DNA of 64,000 nucleotides from NCBI GenBank assembly GCA_965207565.1, contig CBDBMQ010000024.1, positions 125,860 through 189,859 of the forward strand, written 5' to 3'. Positions 48,858 to 57,874 of the stretch are shown piece by piece. Every line of letters starts with the position of its first letter. The stretch's first letter is position 1. The notes beneath the pieces are model-generated. The model was given only the letters and a program-made list of their open reading frames with translations, searched no databases and was not told the origin of the DNA. This DNA comes from Rhodothermales bacterium (GTDB lineage Bacteria > Bacteroidota > Rhodothermia > Rhodothermales > Bin80). The position numbers and the translations under genes are program-made.

Positions 48858-49347
48858 CCAAGATATATTTCACCATCGCATGCTGGACAATCTTGTCTTC
48901 CAGTGCTGCGATCCCGAGCGGTCGTGTGCCCCCATCAGGCTTCGGGATATTCACCCGCCTGCTGGGGGTCGCTCGAAACGATCCACGGTGTACGCGTGTA
49001 CAGAGATCCGCAAGGTTGCGGTCCAAGTTCTCGCTGTACGCCGCCCACGTCACTTGATCCACTCCCGGTGACGCATCTCGCTTTAGTGCGAAAAACGCCG
49101 CCCTCAGTGAGTCCTCATTGATGTGGTGCAAGAGCGTTGTAAGTTTCTCCTCTGGGTTCCGTCGTACGAATTCCCGTATCCGTTCCTTCCCTTGGTGCAC
49201 ACTTGCCCATTTCTGTGCATGGTGTGTGGTAGGATCTTGCGGATTCCCCTCGGGTAGAGGCCTTCGCTCCGACCGTTCCGCGGATGGTTCCTTGTTCACG
49301 GTCTTCCTCACTACTATGCCTCTATCTGACTTCTCCATCTCGTGCAT
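48858..49347 (-). pseudogene. Intron A reverse transcriptase, N-terminal part
   Basis: LLHHINEDSLRAAFFALKRDASPGVDQVTW...IPKPDGGTRPLGIAALEDKIVQHA. Confidence 0.75.
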
Positions 49348-49709
49348 CTTAGGCTTCGGCGTCTTCCGCCTTCTCTAAACGGCCCCGTACGACGGCAGGG
49401 CAAGATGGAGACCTCCCAGGTCCCAGCAAAGTGCGTACGTGCGTCCCTGAGTTCTCGGACACCGTGGGCCCATAGGTCCTCTCACCATAGCGATGACCTA
49501 CATGTTGCCTTCGACCATTTCCACGGCCTCGGCGACCCAGATGATGACCATTTCGATGCTCAATAGCTCCGGCCACACGCTCCGCTACCGACACTTCATC
49601 GGGACCCTCGCGGATCACTACGCACGGCTCGCGGAAATATGTGTTTCGGTTAAACTTCATATTACGGGACTTGCACCCGCTACACTTTGCCAGTTAGCCT
49701 GGCGTTCAC

Positions 49710-50347
49710 ATATCCATATTCACATTCTCAATTTGTTCCAACTGCGCTGGGATAAATCCCGCATACCAAGCCTGTAGACTCGATTTTGTCCGACCTTCAC
49801 GCACATTCAGAACCCTCCTCATTTTGGGATCCGATACAATGATCACATAATCATGCCGCTTACGAAAAGAGGTCTCATCCACGCAGATGTGGGTGGGAGA
49901 CAACTCCGCTCTTCGCGCAAGCCCCCGGTGTACCGCACGTTGCATGATCCCGTCAATGGTGTTCCATCTCACACCCATCAAACGGGCAACGGCGGAAACA
50001 CTCGTCTCCTTCAGCCAGTCAATCACCAATGCCTCATAGGCAAACGTTACCCCCGCATTCGTCGAGGCCCAGGGAACCGATACGGTCCGAACTCCATGAT
50101 CTGAACACTGCACACGCGCAACCTCTGCTACCACGAACGTACGATACTTCCGCGCGCGCCACCGACGAGGACGACGATCATACACGGAACAAACCTGATC
50201 ACACTTCGAACATCACAGCGTAGACGTGTCCATGCAAATAACATGAATCTCCACTTCTTTGGCCGCACGGTTCGTCGTCATCCGGGAAACCTCCCAGGGA
50301 GACTCGATGCCATATACCTGACTGATCTCTTTGATCTCGATCTTCAT
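49710..50347 (-). pseudogene. Second ISL3-family transposase. Only the N-terminal part remains; it is frameshifted and cut by intron A.
   Basis: MKIEIKEISQVYGIESPWEV...(frameshift)...VQCSDHGVRTVSVPWA...CVDETSFRKRHDYVIIV...NVNMDM. The intron then begins where the intact copy reads MDMWPAYI. Confidence 0.7.
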
Positions 50348-50580
50348 GAAACTAATTTGGATGGTTAAAACTGTCGAAAACTTTGGGGGAATGTCTCCCA
50401 AGGTAGACTGAAAATAACGGTAAACTCAGTCGGCACCTTTCAAAGTATCTCCAAATCTAATGGTGCTTCCATTATATTTGGGGAAGAGACTAACTTATAA
50501 GCTGAACGGTTTCTGGCACAAGATGGCAAGGATGCCGCATATTTCTGGCTTGACAGTGCCTTCACAAAAAACCGCAACAA

Positions 50581-50610
50581 TTATTACACATCTACGGTGT
50601 ATTGTGTGTA
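50581..50610. promoter_or_regulatory. Palindromic operator-like sequence upstream of the Panacea module
   Basis: ATTACACA...TGTGTAAT with a nested TACAC/GTGTA, about 50 nt upstream of the GGGAGGA ribosome-binding site and ATG 50662. Confidence 0.3.
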
Positions 50611-50661
50611 ATGTACTGCTACAGTAAGGTGATCTAATCTTTGACGCTTGGGAGGAATGTT

Positions 50662-51132
50662 ATGGATACACAAACTAGTGTGTTTGATGTAGCTGCATAT
50701 ATCTTAAAAAAATCAGGTCCCATGACGACATGGAAGCTTCAAAAGCTGGTATACTATTGCCAAGCATGGTCGCTTGTGTGGGATGGCGACCAGATGTTTG
50801 ATGACGAAATTGAAGCATGGGCCAACGGCCCGGTATGCAGAAAACTGTATGAGAAGCACAAGGGGCAATTCCGTATCGGTAAACTACCAATAGGGGATGC
50901 CAGTGTGTTGATGGAGAACCAGAGGGAAACTGTAGATGCAGTTTTACGAGATTATGGAAATAGATCACCAAAATGGTTAAGTGATCTAACCCACATGGAA
51001 GACCCATGGAAAAAGGCAAGAAGAGGTATCCCAAGGAGTGAAAGAGGTGAATCCGTTATCTCTAAAGAGTCTATGGCTGAATATTATGAGAGCCTACACG
51101 AAGAAGATGGTGCTTGGCTAAGTGAGTCCTAA
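50662..51132 (+). CDS. Panacea/DUF4065 (SocA/GepA-like) domain protein, putative antitoxin
   Basis: FDVAAYILKKSGPMTTWKLQKLVYYCQAWSLVW...EAWANGPVCRKLYEKHKG. GGGAGGA upstream. Confidence 0.8.
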   Translation: MDTQTSVFDVAAYILKKSGPMTTWKLQKLVYYCQAWSLVWDGDQMFDDEIEAWANGPVCRKLYEKHKGQFRIGKLPIGDASVLMENQRETVDAVLRDYGNRSPKWLSDLTHMEDPWKKARRGIPRSERGESVISKESMAEYYESLHEEDGAWLSES

Positions 51133-51628
51133 AAAGAGGGGACGTGCAGGACGACATAAGCAAGGAACAAAAAGATCGCTTGCCCAAAATGTACCTTCAG
51201 GAGATAAGCGGACCCATCGAGAAGGACAAAATAGTTTCCAACAAAAACCCGTCTGGTCTTTTGAGGTGTTAGATATAGAAGGACCATGGGGTTGGAATAA
51301 CGACAAGGTGACATCCATATTATGGACTGAAATAGTGCCCAAACTGCAAAGTTTTGAAACCATGACTTGGGGCGAAATAACTCAACAGGCAGGAGGACGC
51401 AAACATGGCAACAACCACCACTTCATAAGCGTTGAGGCTTTGACGCGTAAAGTACAAAAAAGACTGTCGGCGATCAGACAAGATGATATAGATGAGATTT
51501 TTTCTTTTAGGCTCAAAGCGAAAACACGCATTTATGGCCTTACAGAAGGTCAAGTGTTTAAATTACTTTGGTATGATCCCTTTCATGGCAACAACAGGGA
51601 GGCCGTAGTATCAGTGACGCAAAAATAA
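51122..51628 (+). CDS. Unknown 168-aa protein overlapping the Panacea gene end, candidate toxin partner
   Basis: GTG start overlaps the upstream stop by 11 nt. Very basic N-terminus. Conserved-looking ...FSFRLKAKTRIYGLTEGQVFKLLWYDPFH. Confidence 0.5.
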   Translation: MSPKKRGRAGRHKQGTKRSLAQNVPSGDKRTHREGQNSFQQKPVWSFEVLDIEGPWGWNNDKVTSILWTEIVPKLQSFETMTWGEITQQAGGRKHGNNHHFISVEALTRKVQKRLSAIRQDDIDEIFSFRLKAKTRIYGLTEGQVFKLLWYDPFHGNNREAVVSVTQK

Positions 51629-52151
51629 CCTTATACCTAGTCCCTTTTCCAATCAACTACTTCTTATCCTCTACCCTCAACATTCACGGTAGAACCGCAA
51701 AGTTTACTATTGATCAGTATGCTTAACCCACGTTCACCTCGTATGCTCCCGATATTTGTAGTATTTCCACTACCTGCTTTATCACTGGAAATTCTCCATT
51801 CCTCCTGCACAAAAACCCTAACATCGTCAAAATGCATATTCCGACCATGTGGGACACTGACTCCGAGCCATGCAGGCCCTTCTATAGTGAATTTCTGCTA
51901 TGACGGGCGGCCAACGCGACGGCCATCATTGCCACAAATTAGAGCGGGCTTGGGCCTGAGAGAGATTGGGGACAATCGGAGATCCTTCCAGGTGAAGTGT
52001 TTCCGGCAACCGTGCCGCACCTTCAACAGGCTTCGCCGCACTGTGAAATCAAATTCCCGAAGAAAAAACCCAAACCAGTCCGGAGATTCAGTCTCGCCCT
52101 GCATTTTGCTTAAACTGTAACAGAAAGTGCACTTCTAAATGCCGCCGTCGC

Positions 52152-52508
52152 GTGTACCACAGGAAACCATCCATCTACACGCGAATGCTACTTCATCGAA
52201 TACGACTCTTGTCTTCTGCGGCCGTGATCGGATCTGTCATGGTTCTGCTCCCCGTCCTTGTCGATGCCAGCGGTGTCGGAGGGGTCAGGGTCGCAACCTC
52301 CACGGTATCCAAGATCGTTGGGCTGCTCACCGGTGATCTGGCCACGGCTGCATTCCTCTTGATCATTGTTCTGGGCGGTCTCGCCTGGTGGGTGACCCGC
52401 TCCAGCCGTGCCGGCGAAATCCTCGGCCGAACCGTGATGGGGGCCGTAATCATCTTTGGAGCCGTCCAGATCAGTGAGTTCTTTTCCTTCCAGGGCGCCG
52501 TCATCTGA
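52152..52508 (+). CDS. trbC: TrbC/VirB2-family pilin-like protein
   Basis: Signal-like N-terminus plus two hydrophobic helices. First gene of a trb-ordered block. The start may be an internal Met. Confidence 0.6.
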   Translation: MYHRKPSIYTRMLLHRIRLLSSAAVIGSVMVLLPVLVDASGVGGVRVATSTVSKIVGLLTGDLATAAFLLIIVLGGLAWWVTRSSRAGEILGRTVMGAVIIFGAVQISEFFSFQGAVI

Positions 52509-52837
52509 TGGAAAGCACCCGTGAAGCATTAGAGACGGCTCCCGTGCATACATCCCTTCAGCGTCGCCCCACCATGGGCGGCCTGCCACAGGATGCATTC
52601 CTGTTATTGGCGCTGATCATGATCACGATGGGGATTGCCTCACGCCTGGACCCGAAAGTCCTGGCAGGATGTGGGTTGGCATATTTAGTCCTATTGCCGC
52701 TGCTTCGAAGGGTATTCGAAAAAGATCCGTTCTTCATGGTGGTGGTACCGCGAGCTTTGAGGTATACCCCACACTATCTGAGGCAGGAAAAAGAGGTCAC
52801 GCGTCACTGGCGTGATCGTTCAACAAAAACGCGCTGA
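52508..52837 (+). CDS. trbD: TrbD/VirB3-family protein
   Basis: About 109 aa with two TM segments. Stop/start overlaps with neighbours (ATGA junctions). Confidence 0.6.
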   Translation: MESTREALETAPVHTSLQRRPTMGGLPQDAFLLLALIMITMGIASRLDPKVLAGCGLAYLVLLPLLRRVFEKDPFFMVVVPRALRYTPHYLRQEKEVTRHWRDRSTKTR

Positions 52838-55260
52838 TGGATCCATTGACATTTGGAATCGGCACAGCTACCGGTGCCGGGACAGTTTGGGCGATCAATC
52901 GATTACAGCACCTAAAAAGGCCGGCCGAAGGACTTGGGGACCTTCTGGGCTGGGCATTCCTGATTGACGAAGGAGTCATTCTCATGAAAGACGGATCGTT
53001 TGTGAGTGGATTTGAACTTGATCCTCCTGATCTGGAAACGACCAGCGCAGCAGAAGCAAACAGCACAACCGATACCGTTCACGATATGCTGATGCTTCTG
53101 GGGGAAGGATATGGGATTGAAGTGAATGTGCATCGAAGGCACAGCACCGAGTACCCGATCCAGGAGAATCATCACTTTCCAACCGCCTCCCTGCAAACCA
53201 TGGAGCATGAGCGGCAAAGACAATACCAGGAGGTCGGAAGCCATTATACCCTCAGGCGCACCGTTCTTTTTACGTACACCCCACCGCGTGATCTTTGGTC
53301 ACGATGGGAAGTTCCCATGGTTCAAGGGGCTCAAAAGGAATTTGATTACGCGCAGATCCTGTCTGGCTTCAACCGCACCTTAAATGAAGTTCGTGCACTG
53401 CTGACCGGACGGTTTCAAGTGACTCCACTAAGCAGCAGTGGACTTTTAACCGAATGTCATTGTGCACTCACCGGCCAGAATGAACAAGTGGTGTCTCTTC
53501 CGAGCAGTTATCTGAGTCACACACTTGCCTCCGACGATTTTCAGACGGGATTTTACCCGGTGATCGGAGGGCAGCATCTGTTTGTGGTCACGATTGCTTC
53601 ACTCGGAATGCAGACACGGGTGGGAGATGGCGCATTCTTTCATCGTATTGAGGGCGAGGGTCGCTGGCATATGCGATTCATCGGCATGGATCGCCATACA
53701 GCCGGACGTCGCATCAAGCGACTGCAAACCAGCTGGTTCCATCAACGACGCGGACTGCGAAAACTGATCGCGCCCGAGGAGGATGGGTTTGAAGATCAGG
53801 ATGCCGTGGCCATGCAACACGAAACTGCCTCCGCACATGCGGAATCTGCCAGCGGCCGCGTCCGATTTGGGTACTTCACGAATACCTTCATCCTGCGTGA
53901 CCGGCAAATGCAACATGGCCTGGCACGCAGCCAGACGCTTTTACAGGTTTTACGGGACCAGGGGTATACCTGCGCTTTGGAAACGATCAATGCGACCGAT
54001 GCCTTCATCGGGACGCTTCCTGGTCATGGCTATGCCAATCTTCGTCGCCCCCTTTTGTCCAGTCGCAATATTGCACATTTATTTCCGGTTTCCGCGCCAT
54101 GGAAAGGAAATTCAACCTGCCCCAACCCCATGTTCCCGGATGGTAGCCCTGCACTGGCCTGCGCACGAACGCCAAGTGGTGCGCCCTTTATGGTGAACCT
54201 GTATCAAGAAGATGTGGGACACACACTCGTGATCGGAGCGACCGGTGCAGGCAAGAGTGTCCTCGTTGGATGGCTGGCACTCAATTTTTTGCGTTATCCA
54301 AAGAGCCGCGTCCATGTCTTTGATATCGGACGATCTCATCAGATCCCCTGCATGGCTGCAGATGGAGTTCACTTTTCATTTGGAGATGCAAATCCGCTGC
54401 AGCCCCTTCGCCATATTCACGAGGAAACCGAGAGGTTGTGGGCATTAACCTGGCTGGAAACGATCTATGACCTTTCAGGCGAGTTGCCGGATGCAGACGG
54501 GCGCCTGGCACTTGCAGATACACTCGATCTGCTTTGTCAATCATCACCAGAACACCGAACCCTGTCCGCACTTCATCTCCTGTTGCCACAGACTCTGCAG
54601 AGCACGGTAGTGCGGTATACGGCAGACGGACCCTATGGCCGACTCTTTGACGGGGATCAAGGGGCGGAAGCGTCAGCACGTATGCATGTCTATGAATTAG
54701 GGCAAATACTCGACCAGGGAGATGCGGTTGTGGTTCCCTTGCTTCTGGCATTGTTTCGATCCATCGAACGCACACTGGACGGGTCCCCGACGCTGATTGT
54801 GATTGAGGAGGCCTGGGCCGCTCTTCTGCGGTCCCGTTTTGCGGAGCGGATCAAAGCCTGGCTTCTGACACTCAGAAAACATAATGCATCCGTTCTTCTG
54901 GTCGCTCATTCACCATCCCAGATTGCCGCCCTCCCCAATGCAGCTCTGATTACGGAGTCATGCCCAACGAAAATTATCCTCCCGAACCCGGAGGCACGGA
55001 CAGAGGAGGGTGCGGCGATGCACCGGGCACTGGATCTGAGCATGCGCGCAATCCATGTGGTAGCCTCCGCAAAACCCAAGCGAGAGTATTTCTATAAGAG
55101 CCCGGCGAGAAGCCGGCTCTTCGAACTGAATCTCGGGCCGATTGCACGCACGCTGCTCATGCCGCTACCCGGCATGAGCGGGGAAGCCTCCCGCAGTCGC
55201 ATTCAAGAAGCCTTTCATCATCACGGACACGATTTCCTTCACCATATCACGTACTCATGA
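52837..55260 (+). CDS. trbE: TrbE/VirB4-family conjugal transfer ATPase
   Basis: 807 aa. Walker A GATGAGKS and Walker B-like LIVIEEAW. Confidence 0.85.
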   Translation: MDPLTFGIGTATGAGTVWAINRLQHLKRPAEGLGDLLGWAFLIDEGVILMKDGSFVSGFELDPPDLETTSAAEANSTTDTVHDMLMLLGEGYGIEVNVHRRHSTEYPIQENHHFPTASLQTMEHERQRQYQEVGSHYTLRRTVLFTYTPPRDLWSRWEVPMVQGAQKEFDYAQILSGFNRTLNEVRALLTGRFQVTPLSSSGLLTECHCALTGQNEQVVSLPSSYLSHTLASDDFQTGFYPVIGGQHLFVVTIASLGMQTRVGDGAFFHRIEGEGRWHMRFIGMDRHTAGRRIKRLQTSWFHQRRGLRKLIAPEEDGFEDQDAVAMQHETASAHAESASGRVRFGYFTNTFILRDRQMQHGLARSQTLLQVLRDQGYTCALETINATDAFIGTLPGHGYANLRRPLLSSRNIAHLFPVSAPWKGNSTCPNPMFPDGSPALACARTPSGAPFMVNLYQEDVGHTLVIGATGAGKSVLVGWLALNFLRYPKSRVHVFDIGRSHQIPCMAADGVHFSFGDANPLQPLRHIHEETERLWALTWLETIYDLSGELPDADGRLALADTLDLLCQSSPEHRTLSALHLLLPQTLQSTVVRYTADGPYGRLFDGDQGAEASARMHVYELGQILDQGDAVVVPLLLALFRSIERTLDGSPTLIVIEEAWAALLRSRFAERIKAWLLTLRKHNASVLLVAHSPSQIAALPNAALITESCPTKIILPNPEARTEEGAAMHRALDLSMRAIHVVASAKPKREYFYKSPARSRLFELNLGPIARTLLMPLPGMSGEASRSRIQEAFHHHGHDFLHHITYS

Positions 55261-56000
55261 AACGTTTATTCTTATTGATTCTGCTTCTTGGGAGTGCGAC
55301 CGGAAGCCGGGCGCAACTCCCTGTCGTTGATGTAGCCGTTCTGGCAGAAACCATCACAACCGTCGCCGAACTTCGCCGACAGGTGAACCTGCTCTTAAAA
55401 GAAGTCGCACTGTCCACAGAAATCAAACAGAACACCAAGACGCACTTGTACAGGTATGAGCGCGCCCTGTCAAAACGTGGCCTCATTCCGACCGAAGCAC
55501 TCGGAACCTATGTTCGGAAGATCAGGCAGGCACATAAGACTACTGGCGGTATGACCTGGGAGGACCCGGAAGTATTTCGGGGGACCTTTTTGATGTATCA
55601 GGATCCGCCGGATCCTCTAGCAGCCCAGAAGGCTGCGCATGAACAAACGATGGCGACGCTCCAGGGGACGCTCGCATCGCTGCAGGTTCATAATCACTCC
55701 GTTGATCAGGCACATGAAGAATTGGAGCACTTGAAGCAAGAAATCGTGCATGCCAAAGAGCCTCAAGAGATGCGTGATGTACAGGCGAACCTTCAGGTTG
55801 TGCATGCCCGCGAACTATTGCTCACCCGGCAGGCATTTATGACGCTGGTCAATCTGGAAGCAGTCCGAGCTGCTGAAGCGGTCAGTCAAAAGGCACAGCA
55901 GCGCATGCGCTATGACGCGTTCGTGGGAAATGCTGAATGGTTGGGAGATCCCACCCGTTATGATGTGAAGCGCTTCTTGAAAATGCCCGAAACTCCATAG
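55257..56000 (+). CDS. trbJ: TrbJ (VirB5-like) P-type conjugative transfer protein
   Basis: Signal peptide, then QLPVVDVAVLAETITTVAELRRQV and a coiled-coil. Position is after trbE. Confidence 0.65.
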   Translation: MKRLFLLILLLGSATGSRAQLPVVDVAVLAETITTVAELRRQVNLLLKEVALSTEIKQNTKTHLYRYERALSKRGLIPTEALGTYVRKIRQAHKTTGGMTWEDPEVFRGTFLMYQDPPDPLAAQKAAHEQTMATLQGTLASLQVHNHSVDQAHEELEHLKQEIVHAKEPQEMRDVQANLQVVHARELLLTRQAFMTLVNLEAVRAAEAVSQKAQQRMRYDAFVGNAEWLGDPTRYDVKRFLKMPETP

Positions 56001-56049
56001 CAGGTGCTAAAACGCATCAAAACGGAGCGACCCCCAGTAATCCAATTGC

Positions 56050-56958
56050 ATGCAAGCGCAACAAGCCATACAGAACTGTGCACCCACGATGTTTTTCGAT
56101 TGTGCACAGGAAATTTTTCGACTGACCACAGAGGCTTGGCTGACCCGTGCGCTGGATGCAGCACAGACACTCTTTCTCAGTTTGGCACTCTTGGAGATTG
56201 TGGTAACCGGCTATATGGTTTGGGCCGGGCGCAGGAAGCAGGGCGGAGACCTCATCAGCCAGTTTACGTTCAAGATTGGCCTATTGGCCTTCGTACTCGG
56301 ACTCTTATCCACCTATCACAGATGGTTGCCCATGATCGCACAGGGGTTCGGGGAAACCGCCGTCTATATCGGCGGCAGTGACGTCTCACACCTATCCCCC
56401 ACCCACCTCTTGAATGTTGGGCTGAGCATGCTGCTCAGCGTCATGCAATCCGTAGGGTTGACCTCTGATCTTGTGACTTCCCTGGCCGTGATTCCGGCAC
56501 TCATCATGCTGCTGTGCTTCGTTGCACTCGCAGCACATCTACTTGTGACGATGATTGAGAGCTATGTGGTCGTCACGGGCGGACTCTTCTTCATCGGTTT
56601 TATGGCATTTCGTGGAACGGCTCCTCTTGGCGAAGGATATCTGAAGTATGTGGTCTATGTCGGAGTCAAACTGTTTTTCATTATTCTGATCGCAGGGGTT
56701 GCCGCCTCAATCGGGGACGATATGGTAGCACTCTTGCAGTCGTACGATAATCTGTGGCTGACAGCTTTCGAGCAGCTATTCTCCCAAAATCCCGGCGGCG
56801 TTGCAGGTGCGGTGTCTTCCCGACTGGGGTTTCTGTGGTCCATGACGGCTGTGGCCATCTTGTTGGCCGGCCTGGGGCTTCACATGCCTGGACGGATTGC
56901 GACGCAGCTGAGCAGTGGTCTGACGGTTAATTTCAAGCGTGCACTGGAGAACCTGTAA
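56050..56958 (+). CDS. trbL: TrbL/VirB6-family membrane protein
   Basis: Polytopic membrane protein in the expected position. Confidence 0.6.
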   Translation: MQAQQAIQNCAPTMFFDCAQEIFRLTTEAWLTRALDAAQTLFLSLALLEIVVTGYMVWAGRRKQGGDLISQFTFKIGLLAFVLGLLSTYHRWLPMIAQGFGETAVYIGGSDVSHLSPTHLLNVGLSMLLSVMQSVGLTSDLVTSLAVIPALIMLLCFVALAAHLLVTMIESYVVVTGGLFFIGFMAFRGTAPLGEGYLKYVVYVGVKLFFIILIAGVAASIGDDMVALLQSYDNLWLTAFEQLFSQNPGGVAGAVSSRLGFLWSMTAVAILLAGLGLHMPGRIATQLSSGLTVNFKRALENL

Positions 56959-56960
56959 TC

Positions 56961-57623
56961 ATGGCAAAGGAAGGCCATCCGTATCTGGAGGGCAGGTATG
57001 CATTTGAGCGGCTCTTTGGTGACCTTGCCCGAGGTAGACGCTCCTGGCAGTCCGTTGCTTTTCTTGCACTGCTGCTGAATCTCGTGCTCACTGCAGGGTA
57101 TATCCATCTGGCTTCGCAGCACAAGGTGGTCCCGTATGTGGTGGAACTGGATGCGCTGGGTGAGATGCGCGCAGCGGGCAAACTATCGGTGCGCGATGTG
57201 CCGGAGCGAGCAATCACCGCTACGCTGCGCAGGTTTGTGCACAACTTACGAACGGTTCCTACCGATGCACGCCTCTTGAATGTACGGTTACAGGATGCAC
57301 GTACGCATGTGCATGGCCGCGCCGCAAAGACACTGGTGACGGACCTGGATCGTGACCGGGAAAATCTGGAACGCATGCTTGAGCGTGGGGACACCCGTTA
57401 TGTGACCGAAATCAGCAGCGTTCTAAAGGTACCCGGTGAAGGGATCCTGTACCGGGTATCTTGGCGAGAACTACTCCGGGTTGGACATGAGGAGCGCACC
57501 TCGGCGTACGAGGGGCATTTTCAGGTTCGGGTTGAATCTCCAGAAGATGAAGAAGCACTGGACAGTAATCCACTTGGCATCTACATCATGGACTATGCAT
57601 TGACCGAGGTGAGCACGCTCTAA
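56961..57623 (+). CDS. trbF: TrbF (VirB8-like) conjugal transfer protein
   Basis: PYLEGRYAFERLFGDLARGRRSWQ, one TM segment, then a VirB8-like domain. Confidence 0.7.
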   Translation: MAKEGHPYLEGRYAFERLFGDLARGRRSWQSVAFLALLLNLVLTAGYIHLASQHKVVPYVVELDALGEMRAAGKLSVRDVPERAITATLRRFVHNLRTVPTDARLLNVRLQDARTHVHGRAAKTLVTDLDRDRENLERMLERGDTRYVTEISSVLKVPGEGILYRVSWRELLRVGHEERTSAYEGHFQVRVESPEDEEALDSNPLGIYIMDYALTEVSTL

Positions 57624-57874
57624 TTGAGGGAAGCCCGTGACGTATGACAGTGCGGGGGTATTTCGCTGCGGCAGAGAGGGATTTCACCTTGACCACTGAA
57701 GACAGGGCGTGGCCAGTAGCCCGTTGATAAAGTAGTGGGGGCATAGTTTAGAGAAACTGTTTTGGAAAGCCGAGCAACCGGGATTCACATTATATTTTTT
57801 CGCCAAATGGCATTCTATCTTAAAAAGACCCCATCAGCTCCCAATAAATTCCAGTGATAGTACATATGGGCCAT

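Larger units (their letters stand above)
47150..49709 (-). mobile_element. Group II intron A, family 2 (outer intron of a twintron). RT gene interrupted and frameshifted.
   Basis: 5' end GTGAACGCCAGGCTAACTGGC (49709). Domain V GAGCCGGATGCGTTAACGCGCACGTCCGGATC (47190-47221). 3' end ...CCCTACCGCGAT (47150). Confidence 0.75.

Noticed and set aside
47036-49660. ORFs 47036..47392, 48268..48810 and 49349..49660 as separate proteins, including the repeated ...QGRSRMR tails
   Set aside because: They read through ribozyme domains of introns A and B. The repeated tail is a translation of domain V. Only the RT-homologous parts are meaningful.
51710-52120. 136-aa ORF upstream of trbC as a missing trbB or a regulator
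   Set aside because: It has no NTPase motif and a low-complexity Pro/Ser/Arg-rich sequence. It more likely lies over the promoter or leader region of the trb block.
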